Source: Hormiphora californensis (Eukaryota > Animalia > Ctenophora). Taken from it: 64,000 bases of DNA. Below, one piece after another: positions 1 through 26,200 of this stretch. The notes under the pieces are model-generated. The model was not told where the DNA came from. It was given only the letters and a program-made list of their open reading frames with translations, and made no database searches. Both the position numbers and the translations under genes were made by a program. The first letter of the stretch is position 1, and the number at the start of each line of letters is the position of its first letter. The stretch lies in contig CM035360.1 in assembly GCA_020137815.1 (NCBI GenBank), positions 1,550,001 to 1,614,000 of the forward strand. Direction: 5' to 3'.

Positions 1-373
1 GATCGGGTGATATTTTAATTAGGATGATTGAAAATGATAAGAGTATGGGGAATGTCTAGTCGGGTGGTCTGGGTCTAGTCGGGGTCTTGTCTGGGAAATA
101 TATATCTTTTGGAATTCTGGGAAATACAAATCTATTGAAATTCCATCGGAACATTGGAATTAAAAAAGGGGGGAATGCTGCACTAATTGATTGTGTGCAT
201 GTATGGAATGTCTCGAGTGCCATTGTTCACCAGACAGAAACTAATCAAGAAGCTGACGGCAGTAAGTTGGGAAAAGGAATGTGTAATGCAAATGGAATTC
301 GTAATGAGAATGGTATATGAGAACTATGGAATTGTCTCCTGAGAGAAATAACAAATGACCTGGATTTATGATA

Positions 374-14441
<14,068 letters not shown>

Positions 14442-16035
14442 ATTCTAGCAAGGAAAGTTAAGTTAATTATAAATGCAGAACAGAAAGATGTAGAGAATGA
14501 AAGATAGATATTCAAGATAGAGAAAGAGTAGACGATTAGTAAATAGAAAGCAAACAAGCATCGATCAATTAATTGACACATTACGCACTATCGCTCCCCT
14601 CTCCCTCTCTATCTCTCTCTCTGCTACAGACAGCTGTTTTTTCACAAGCAAAGCTTTCTGTAGTGCAAACTGCAGTATTGGCGGGAAAATTAAACACTAC
14701 AGCAGACATAGTGCGAAAATGAGTGAATTGCACAAAAACAAGACTCACTCAGGTAATTTGGTTGTGTGTAGAGATGCAGTAATTACACAGTATGAAAGGC
14801 AAACCTATCATCTCTCTCCCCCTCACATGATGATATACACAAAGTTTCTCTCTTTCTCCCAACCAGTATGATCTATTGTCAAAGCATTTTTAGGTGGCGT
14901 CAGTTGTACATTTTAGGCACCCTTAATACCGTGATCTCTCTCACTATGTCACTCACTCTCTCCTTCTCGCCCAAATGGTATAATTAGCCAAGTATATGTT
15001 CAGAGCAACCAAACTGTACAGATCAATATACGACACAAACGTAGGTAAACAAAGAGGTAAAGTGTGGGAAACATAATATTACAACAATGGAAGGTACACG
15101 CAAGTCACACCTCACGGAACGGCGAGCCGGGTAAATGTTGGCAGAAGCATGGCGGGCACCAACTTAACACGAGGAATGGGTGATGTCGCACTCGATTTTG
15201 GGGTGACGCGCAACACAAAATGCGGCGTATGGTTATATGCGCGTCGTGCGCGCAGAAAAAGGATACGCGTCGAGTTTCAAACGACTTGACCTGAGTTGAA
15301 AAGCGCTGCCTTATCCCGCGCTGCCAGCAACGTTTGCCAATGACCTGAGATTCCTGGAAATTCAGGATTTCCCCTTTGTAAATACACGCGCGATGCGCCG
15401 AATTCCAAGAATTACGGGTCAAGTCGCTTGAAACGGACTTTAAAAAACTTGAACTCGTTTTAGAAATTTCCAAAATTTAAAGATCACGTTTCGTGTTCAG
15501 TTGAGTGTGGATAGTGTGTTTTTGAGTGTTAGTCATCTTTGGTGCGGGCTAGTCTTTAGGTTTCTCGTTTCTACGTTAGCCTACCTTTGCACTTGGCTCA
15601 TTTTAGTTTAATTAACTTAGTTTAATCCTGTAATTAGCTTACCTGACTGACCTTTAATGGTCTTCTCTATTTTTAATTTTTAATTATATTCTGATATGTA
15701 TCAACTTATTATCAACTTATTCTTACTTAGCTATATTAACGGAGGTTATTTGTTTAGTTATTTTTCAAGTCATTAGTTACTATATCTACTTAGCTATTAT
15801 TCTATTATTACATCTACTTAGACATTAACTTATCAACTTATATATATATATATATCTTATTTATATCGTTTAGTACATATTCCTACTCCGTATTAACTTG
15901 ATTAATACTTTTTTAACTTAATCAATAGTATTCTTACTTCGTATTAACTTAACTAATACCACAGTTTTTATTTATAAATCATCTTATCAGTTAATCAAGT
16001 AATTAATTATCAATTGATTATATCACAAGTAGAAT

Positions 16036-16312
16036 TACTTTTCTATAATTTATTAATACATATTTAATTTCATATCATTATTTAATATCGACTATCGACG
16101 TTACTTATTAGACTTTCAAGGATCTTAAATCCTACAGGTGCCGTTTTAGAATGCTAGTTAATACTTTTCTATAATTTATTTAAAACTTTTCTATAATTTA
16201 TTAATACATATTTATTTTCATATCATTATTTAATATCGACTATCGACGTTACTTATTAGACTTCCTAGGATCTTAAATCCTATAGGTGCCGTTTTAGAAG
16301 GCTAGTTAATAC
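16036..16312. repeat. AT-rich direct duplication (two ~130-bp copies) in the Pumilio/KIAA0319-like intergenic region
   Basis: TTTTCTATAATTTATTAATACATA...ATCGACTATCGACGTTACTTATTAGACTT...GGTGCCGTTTTAGAA occurs twice. Confidence 0.8.
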
Positions 16313-17230
16313 TGGGAGGACGCTGTTCCGATCAGCTGATTAGTGTTAGCATTTATTTAGCCCCAAAGCGGAATATAAACGTTAATTGTATTTGTATTTG
16401 TATTTCGTGTGTCTGTTTTTACTTTTTCTCCTTTAAACTCAAATTTAGGCACCAAAATCCATATAATAATTTCCAAAATGTTAGTCCGATAATTGTTTTC
16501 TCCCTACTCCTCCTACAGTTTTTGAGCTAGACCCCTGAAAATTTGTACACTGGTACTTTGGACCAAGGCCGAAGGCGGGTGTAAGTACGGGCTCAGATTT
16601 TTGATCCGATCTTTACAACAGTGACGTCACGGGGTGACGTCATTGCGCCAAAAATACTTACATTTTTCAAACGCTTCTAAGACCCTGAAAACGGCTCTAA
16701 ATCAAAAAACTAACGCAATAGTGGGGAAAGAGAATCGTTTGAACTTCATTTTACATGATAGCGATTTCCCGTAACTCAATGTTTAAGGGTCGTAAATCGC
16801 GTCGGGAAAGTTAAAAATGCCAAAAATACGATATTTTTCACCGTAGCCACCCAAAATCGTATCCAATCGATATGAAACTTGGTCGTTATGTGAACTTTAA
16901 TGTCCTTTGGCCAGGGGTTCCCGGAAAACGGATTGGCAAGATGAGAACTGACCGGAGTTCTTATAATTCTAAATTCACGAATTTGGAATTTTTCGTCGAC
17001 TTTTTTTGGCGACATAAAACGCGAGGAAATTTTCAATGAATTTTAAAATTTTACACTGCGCGCGTAATTCTAGGTTCCGCGCGCGGCGTAAAAAAGCAGC
17101 GCTTTTTTGGAAAAATTCGTGCGTTACAGTAAATGATTTACCAATTACCATTTACCAGGTCACGGGTTCCCAGCAAACGGGTACTCTAGTACAGTTAATA
17201 ACATCTTCCTCACTTCTAGTATGTAATGAG

Positions 17231-20200
17231 ATGCTGCTCTACTTTGCAGCGTGTTTTCTCCCACTTTGCATCTCCGCAACTGACCTAACCACTACCAGCA
17301 CCAGCTGTACCAAGTCAACGGTTGTAGACGGAGTTCCCACTGATGTTAGCTTCGCGCATTCTAGTCCAACGCCAAACTTGTCAGAAGCGGTAAGGAGAAT
17401 TCTGGAACCATATCTGAGAGATTCCAGCCAGTTTCCGAGTTTCTAATTTCTCATATCTGTCTCTCCCTAGGATTGCATTACCAAATGCTGTTCCTCCGAG
17501 TACTGCGATGTAGCTGGAATTCATAAGAAGTTCTGTGTTTTTGGAACTTGTAAAACAAAACCGTGCAACAAAGTCCATTCTGTAGACCCTGAAGATCCTA
17601 CTGCAAGATTTACCTTTGTCGAGAAAAAAGGTACCTGAATAAGTTATTCAGAATAACATATATAACTTATACCACCGTCCACCACCCTGTTGAAACATTG
17701 CTCTCCCTTTTAAAGTTGGAACATAACTATTGAAACATGAAAAATAATGTTCAAACATATAATAACTTCCTCCAGCGAATACACCGTCCACCGAGAAGCC
17801 GGTAACCTCATCAAACCCTAAGAATGGTAGTGTAACTCAACCGAAGGAGCCTGCTGCAACCGCTCCACACAAACCAACTACAGCAGCACCCCCTAAAGTA
17901 GCTGCTACTGCCGCTAAAGATGAGAACAAGGTTTGGCAATCGGCTCTCTCACCTTTCGTCACCATAGAAACATGGCAACGGGAGCAGTCTTCCTCTTAAC
18001 TTTGTAATCTCTATATTTACAGATATTCTTGTAAACCTTGTGATCTAAAGTATACTTTGACACATGAGCCATGTGACCCTTTTACAGGCACAGGAGGTTC
18101 ACCCCACCACTGCTGCAGCAGCCCATGTGGTCAATAAAACAGCTGCTAGAGTTGAGGACAAGTGTACGTTAACATGTCTCGCTAATGCCACGTGTTTGAA
18201 GAAGGGTGCTAACTGGACGTGTGACTGTAATGAAGGTACGTGTCTAGTAGTCTCTTACTTTGTTTTGTTATCTTTGATCTACCGAAACAAAGCGTGAAAT
18301 GCGGTGTGAGCCACACATGATACAATAGTATCTCCCTCCACTCTGCATGTAGTAGCTGGGTGTCATATGGTGCAAGAGGACCAGTATATCATAATTGGGA
18401 CAAGTCTATAATCTCTATGTACATGTTGGGAGAGAGCGAGAGTACAAGAAAAAGAGAGTTTCTAAAGTATGCAGTCCCTATATTTTGTATTTATCTCTTC
18501 TACTATAAGGGTTCATGATAGTTGTTTAAGATGGGGGGTATTGAGACCACTTTGGACAATCTCCAAATGATCGAATACTAATGCATTACAAAATAGGCAT
18601 CCCTCTCTCTCCATTTCTCTCTCTCTCTCTCCTTCTCCATTTCCATTTCTCTCCCTCTCCCTCTCTCTCTCTCCCTCCCTCCCAGGTTTTACACTAAAAG
18701 CAGGGAAATGTGACCCGATTGCAGTGTGCACTACTTCATCCTGTGGAAAGAATTACGCCTGTTCTATAGTGGATAATACCGTCAAATGTTCTTGTAAAGA
18801 AGGGTAAGTTGTGCCAATGATCTGACCACAGTTCTTGTGAAAGAAATGAGAATAGGGTCAGGCCAATGCTCTAACAGAAGTTCAGCGTAATCACACATCA
18901 GACTCCCATTTACCGGGTTGCTCGGGGGAAATTTATCTGTCCGGTAAATCGGAGCCTGACTGCTGTTTCGCTATTTGTCAGTGAATCGATCCCCATTATT
19001 TCCATTTTCTATCCACCCCGTAGTTTCAAAGCGAACGCCGACAACACCGTCTGCGAAGAACTAACGTGTAAAGGAGTACCATGTCCAATGCACGCTAACT
19101 GTAGGGTGAGTGGTAACTCTGCAAAGTGCTTCTGTGATCATGATTACCTTGCACAGGACAACTTCTGCAGACCTGGTGAGTTGTTGTTGGTTTAATTAAT
19201 TAGTGTTGGTTTAATTAATTAGTGAATTAACTATTGATTGTGTTAAATTCATATTTATATCTCAGATCTCCCCCTCTCCCCCTGTTTGTCACATTTTGTA
19301 CTAACCCTTTGTAAAATGACCCACACTCGGCCTCACACTCGCGTAGACTTGTCACTCGCCAAGTACTAGAGACAGCTGCTACCATAGCTACCCACTCATT
19401 CTTCGACCTTCATCCAACATCTAACTATTTCTAAAAATAGATATGCTAACTTCTCTTATATAACATCTGCTCCTATTGAGTCCGCACATATCGCGGACCT
19501 CCCCCCCCCCTTGGCCCTTGGTCAAATAGTGGCGGGTTCTCCAACAACCGAACAGACAAACAACCACTCTGTTTTCAGTTGTCCAGTGCACAATTGAACC
19601 TAAGAACTCGGGCTGTCCAACGAATGAAAGGTGTCAACAAGTAAGTAATTTCGACATAGCCCCCAAAAACTCCCCACCCCCACCTACCATGATCCACTAA
19701 CCCAATACCCCCACCGACCACGGACCAATACGCCCAATACACCCACCAACCTCGGCCCAACTAAACCCGTGGTACCATCACCTAGGTCAGTGGAAAGTTA
19801 GGGTGCTACTGCGTACCAGGCAAGATCCGAGTTAAGGATGCCGGGGATTGTACTGGAAATGCCAGCCGTATCACCATTGCAGGACAGGTATGACACCATA
19901 TTTGGGCATAAAGTTAATTATTTACCATATTTGGAACTTTTTTGTGTATTGCCGATTCCGAAAGTTAATGAGAATTCCCACTCAGGATGTGACGGTACAA
20001 ATGCCAGCAGAGTCTGCCACGTTGAATGTAGTTGTGTCTCCAAGTCATCCTAAGACACCCAACTACTATAGCTACTTGTGGGCTCAGAAATCAAGCCCCG
20101 AAAATGTGAGTACCGGGCCCCGATTTACCGGAACCCCGATTTACCGGGAGGATAATCTTCCCCCGATATAGGAAATTAACAGTATTTGACCCCGATATAC

Positions 20201-23200
20201 CGGGCACCCCGATATACCGGGCACCCCGATTTACCGGACAAAACCCTTTCCCCCGAGCATCCCGGTAAATCGGGGTCCGACTGTATATTGAGATTTGGGG
20301 AGAGTTTTAGACTCAAAAAGTTAGAACCAAAATATAAATTGAAAATGTACAATTGAATGTATAATGTATGGACGACGCATTGTACAATCAACTCATTGTA
20401 AAACAATGTACTCATCATATCTCCTAACAGGCAAAGTCAGGTCTTGATGGACTGACGAACCCTCAAGTAACGATAAAAAAGTTAGCTCCAGGGGAATATA
20501 TTTTCAATGTGGAAGTAGTCGGGAAACACAACGAATTCAGTTCCAAGGTTGGTGTAGTTAATTGAGTATTTCGTTCTCTCTCCGTTATTAATTTTAGTGC
20601 AGTTATCAACATTCAACGTACCCGAACGTACACAATATACATGTCATTCAGGGGTATAGATGAAAATGAGATAATCAGCCCTATGTGTGTGTGAGTAATA
20701 CCAGCAGCGGATCATATAATAATACATTTATCCATCTGCTGTTACTGTGTCGTGTGTAAGAAACTAAGCTAAGAGGATTTTGTTGGCTCTTTTGACTGTA
20801 AAAAACAGTAAAACGGAGAGTTTTATTCGCTAAAAATAGAGAGAGATTCAAGAGTTGAATTGTGGGATTGTTGTTTGACTTAGTTAACCATCTGGTTCAT
20901 CTAGAATATTTCTAGCTGCTTACCGCGGCTGATGGAAATCACGTACAAGTTCCTGTGGTCTACACACTAGACTGAATGATTATGTTACCAATATCATATT
21001 GCATATGTTCTTGTTTTGTTCAACCCCACACCGGGTGAGACAGGGTGGAGCAAGACAAATATAATGTACATTGTGTATGTTCAGTGTATAATGGGCGTTG
21101 ATAGAATAGAACAATACGCAGAGTTGGCCGTTTGGAGCTGTAAACAATAGTTGGAGCTGCATACATGTGTAAATTGTACAGCACGGTGTTTGCAAGGTGT
21201 TTCCTATATTGCAGTACTGGTACATGAGCTGCGTATTATAAATAGAACGAGCTGAAAGTCCGTATAAACTTTTTTTCTATGTTTAGTTGTTTGTATGAAA
21301 TGCCCATCAAATTGATGAACATAGGAAACAACCATGTCAAATATAAACATCATATATACCTATTAAAGTGTCGACCATTATCGTCTAATAGTCTAACTTG
21401 ATATACCATCAATTGATTTAACCCATACATCGTCCCCTATTATTGATTAACCCACTTCTCTCTTCTCTCAGGTGGTGGATTAACCCACTTCTCTCTCTTC
21501 TCTCAGGTGGTGGATTAACCCACTTCTCTCTTCTCTCAGGTGGTTGATTAACCCACTTCTCTCTTCTCTCAGGTGGTTGATTAACCCACTTCGCTCTCTT
21601 CTCTCAGGTGGTTAAGCTAGTGGTTAAGCCCGAGGCTAAGAAGAATGAGGCCCCGGTTGCAGTCATAAAGCCAGGTGGAGATATGAAATATAAACTCCCT
21701 GCAACGTTCTCCCTCAACGGAATTAGCAGCAAAGATGATAAGAAGGTAATCAGACAATTAGATAATTAGTATTCAAAGGTGTACTTTAGAGCTTAACACA
21801 TGTTGTAAACACGTTCAATATTACCTACACGTGTTCTTTACTCATGTTTTCAACTAAGACATTATAGGTTTTCACTTGCTCTTTACTCATGTCCATTTCA
21901 GATTGTATCCTACAAATGGACAATAGACTCGAGACCCGTGGCAAGTAACGACCATGTAAAATTAGAAGGTGGGTTGTTGTATTGTTATCTAACTAAGGGG
22001 GGGGGGGGTTACCAATCATTAGGGGGTGTCAATAAGTATCAATTCCTGGATGAATGGTCCCTTACTATAACAATTGTTCCACTTTGCTCCATTATTTATT
22101 CCAGTTTTCTACGCAATATTCACGTTTCCTTCGCTTTAGTACAGATCTGTACTGTAGCTGTAACAATTCCCTCCCTTTTTCAAACAAGCAGTACCCGACC
22201 CAATTTGGGTGAATCGCTTGCACAATGTGCAGCACATTGCACCCCCTCCCCTCCCTCCACAAGCCGCATTGTCCATATATGGGCATGTTTTACTCCTGTT
22301 TATCTTCCCCCAATTTCCTTCTTCCTCCCCTCCTATTTTCCATTATCGGAAGAGAGTGTGTATTATATTGACACGCATCTGTGCATGTGCTCAAAGTATG
22401 TAATACACATGCAAACACACGTGTTATATTACTGTTTTACACTACAACATAGTTGACATCTGGTAAATTGATAGTTGTTCATCCTGTCTCCCACTATTCC
22501 ATGTGGTGTCCAGTATTAACCAACTTCAATCATGATACCTCACGATGTCCACCATGCTCCAATTCCAGCACTAGCAGCAGCGTCATTGGGGAGGGGGATA
22601 CTTTTGAATAGTTGTAACGCGCGAGAACACACTCCATAGGAGAGGGGCGCGACCATCGCGCGCACTAAACTCTGTCACAGGTGCTGTAAAATAACAAATC
22701 GGAGACAAGTGTTTTGAGTGACACAGACCAATCAAACCATGTTGCTATTATATATTTCTTGTTTTCTCAGGTGAGAACACAGATACGCTGAAGGTGACTG
22801 TCCAGGAAGGTGTGGGGAAGTTCCAGTTCAAACTAGAGGTGGGTTAATCTGCTGTTCGGAGGGGGTCAGGGTTGTTGCCTTGCTCGACCCAGTGTCACTA
22901 CGACCGGGTTTGAACAAAACAAGGGGTGACATGGGTCCAAGTCATTCTAACCCTCCTTTACAATGCGGCTGGAGAGAGAGAGAGCCAAGTAAGGCAAAGG
23001 GGAATACTAACGTAATGTTTCCTACTTTAACAACACCTACAATTGTTCGCAGGTTAAGGATAAAGAAGGCCTTACCAATTCGTCCACACAAATCGTGAAC
23101 ATAGAGGCTGAAGACGATAATAGGCCAAGGTGAGGTTCAATCTGCTGTGCTTCTCTCTTGTTATGTTCTAACCCTCCTTCTAACCCTCCTTCTAACCCTC

Positions 23201-26200
23201 CTTCACTTTTGGGCGAAGCTCGCGAAAAGGGGTCCAGCTAGGCAACTTCTCTCTACTCTGATACAGAAACTCCGATGTGTAGGACCACGAGGAACGTTGA
23301 ACATTTCCAATGTACCTCTGTCAATCACACACACATATTCTTGTTGTTGAGTAGGGGGCGTACCCCGCCCCCTCACTGTGTAAAGGTGGGATGGGGGAAA
23401 CCCCTCACTCAACAAGGTTCTAAAACACAGCAGATCTCTTCTTCTCATTAGTTTCGATCATCTCTCTCTTCAACTTCTCTCCGTTCTCCAACCCCTTTCT
23501 CTCCCTCAAATCAGCACTATTTACTCCTTTACTTCTCTCCCCCTCAGCGCTAAGGTGTCCGCTCCACTAACCCTTACTCTACCACACAACTCCGCTGTAC
23601 TTCTCGGAAATGAAAGTCGTGATGACCATGGAATTGAAAGGTAATTATAAATGAAATTTGAAAAAAACGGACGTGTTTCTAGGCATTACTGCTAGTGTGT
23701 ATGTGATTATCGCAGAATCATGGCATATCATATCATCTCGATAACTCTATGGGGATGTTAAAAATAAATGCAGGGCGAATATATTGTTATTTTAACAGGT
23801 CATATCGACCATCTAAATATTATCATTTCAACGGGGTCATTTCGACCTAACATTGTTATTTTAACGGGGTCATTTCCACAATCATTCTTGACGTGTCGTC
23901 CATGTTCTTTTTAATTGCTGCTCGTTGTCGCCCCTTTGCTTTGGAATACTTTACGGTCCAAACCCCACAAAATGTTGGAACCTCCCAACTCACAAATGAC
24001 TCCCCCAACACCCCTCTCTCCCATGTGTAGATGGGAGTGGGCCAAATCCGGGGACAGTCCCAAGGCGGGCGATATGACTGGTACCACAACAGACACCCTG
24101 ACCCTGTCCAACCTGGCAGAGGGAACCTACACCTTCACCCTGACTGTATATGATAAGAAGAAACAGGCCAGCACTGCTAGTACTACGGTGACGATTAGAC
24201 CTGCCAAGATCGGACCTCCTACCGCTTCTGCAGGTGAGTAATAGAACCACTTGTTGAGTCAGGGGTGGAGACACCCTTACTCAACAAAGAAACACCTGCT
24301 AACAGCAAACCACTTCTTTGGTCTTCATTCATTCATTCATTCGAGCTCTAAAAATAGTGTATGAAATCAGTTGCAGAGTAAACCAGAGCTCTCAACTTAT
24401 CAAACTTGTCAAGTAGTTACCCTGTAAATAAATAATCGAGTGATAGAGAGAAAGTTAACCTCAATTTTCTGACCTGTTTAGAAAGAGTGAACTATATCTC
24501 CTTCACCTAGGTAATGACAAAGAGTTAGTCTCCCCTGATACTAGTACAATACTGGACGGCAGTAAATCAACCTCACCCATCGGCCCCCTCACCTACATGT
24601 GGGAGAAAGTGGCTGGCGATAATCACGTGGTCTTGGGACCCACCAATACCACTCAGTTGGAGGTTGGGGATCTTAGTATTGGAACTTATAGGTAATGGTT
24701 AGGGTGCGGCGAGGGGAGAGAGGGTATCGAGCAACGGCCAAAAACACAATTCTTCTTGTTTTGGGAAGACTCTTCATGTCCCTATTTTCAAGGTTCAGAT
24801 TGAGCTAACTCTCCATTTTCAAGGTTCAGATTGAGCTAACTCTCCATTTTCAAGGTTCAGATTGAGCTAACTCTCCATTTTCAAGGTTCAGATTGAACTA
24901 TCTCTCCATTTTCAAGGTTCAAACTGAGCTAACTCTCCATTTTAAAGGTTCAGATTGAACTATCTCTCCATTTTCAAGGTTCAAACTGAGCTAACTCTCC
25001 ATTTTAAAGGTTCAAACTGAGCTAACTCTCCATCCTCAAGGTTCAGATTGAGCTAACTCTCCATTTTCAAGGTTCAAACTGAGCTAACTCTCCATTTTCA
25101 AGGTTCAAACTGAGCTAACTCTCCATTTTCAAGGTTCAAACTGAGCTAACTCTCCATTTTAAAGGTTCAAACTTAGCTAACTCTCCATCCTCAAGGTTCA
25201 GATTGAGCTAACTCTCCATTTTAAAGGTTCAAACTGAGCTAACTTTCCATTTTAAAGGTTCAAACTGAGCTAACTCTCCATTTTAAAGGTTCAAACTGAG
25301 CTAACTCTCCATTTTAAAGGTTCAGATTGAGCTAACTCTCCATCCTCAAGGTTCAAACTTAGTTAACTCTCCATTTTCAAGGTTCAAACTCAGCTAACTC
25401 TCCATTTTAAAGGTTCAAACTTAGCTAACTCTCCATTTTAAAGGTTCAAACTGAGTTAACTCTCCATTTTAAAGATTCAAACTGAGCTAACTCTCCATTT
25501 TAAAGGTTCAGATTGAGCTAACTCTCCATCCTCAAGGTTCAGATTGAGCTAACTCTCCATTTTAAAGGTTCAAACTTAGCTAACTCTCCATTTTAAAGGT
25601 TCAAACTGAGCTAACTCTCCATTTTAAAGGTTCAAACTGAGCTAACTCTCCATTTTAAAGGTTCAAACTGAGCTAACTCTCCATTTTCAAGGTTCAAACT
25701 GACTGTCACGGACGCAAAGAACATCAGTGCCTCTGACGAGGTGACAGTGGTGGTGAAGGAGGACAATAATCAGCCTCCCAAGGCAGTGGTATCCAGTACC
25801 TCCATCACCCTGTACCTTCCTAACCGGGCTGTGGACGTGGATGGGAGTGGGTCTAGCGATGATAAAAGTAGGCGAAATGTAGTTCTTTCAGAGGCGAGGG
25901 TTGGTGACGCAGTCACCCTTACAACTCTTACAACAAATTGGGCACACGGCGCAGTGTGCCACTACACTCCCTGCAAGGGGTAATCTCTCTCTTAGTCTCT
26001 TTTTTCTCCCTCTCTCTAAATCTCCTTTCCTCTCTCTAGAAATAGTGGATTGGAAATGGAGTAGAAGTGCCCAGAGTCCAGCCCTCGGGCAGGTCGTTAG
26101 TGGATCGGATAAAAAAGACGTCCTAAAACTATGTGATTTGATCGTGGTGAGTGTATTAATAAAATCTCATAAATGTTCATAATTATCGAGTTGATAATAA

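Noticed and set aside
16350-17040. Possible Helentron/DINE-like element with (TGTATT)n; a similar region lies at 32390-32925
   Set aside because: I could not define termini or a TSD.
24781-25702. 31-bp array (and the 32-bp array at 42260-44995) as CRISPR
   Set aside because: Head-to-tail units with no unique spacers, no cas genes, and a eukaryotic intron context.
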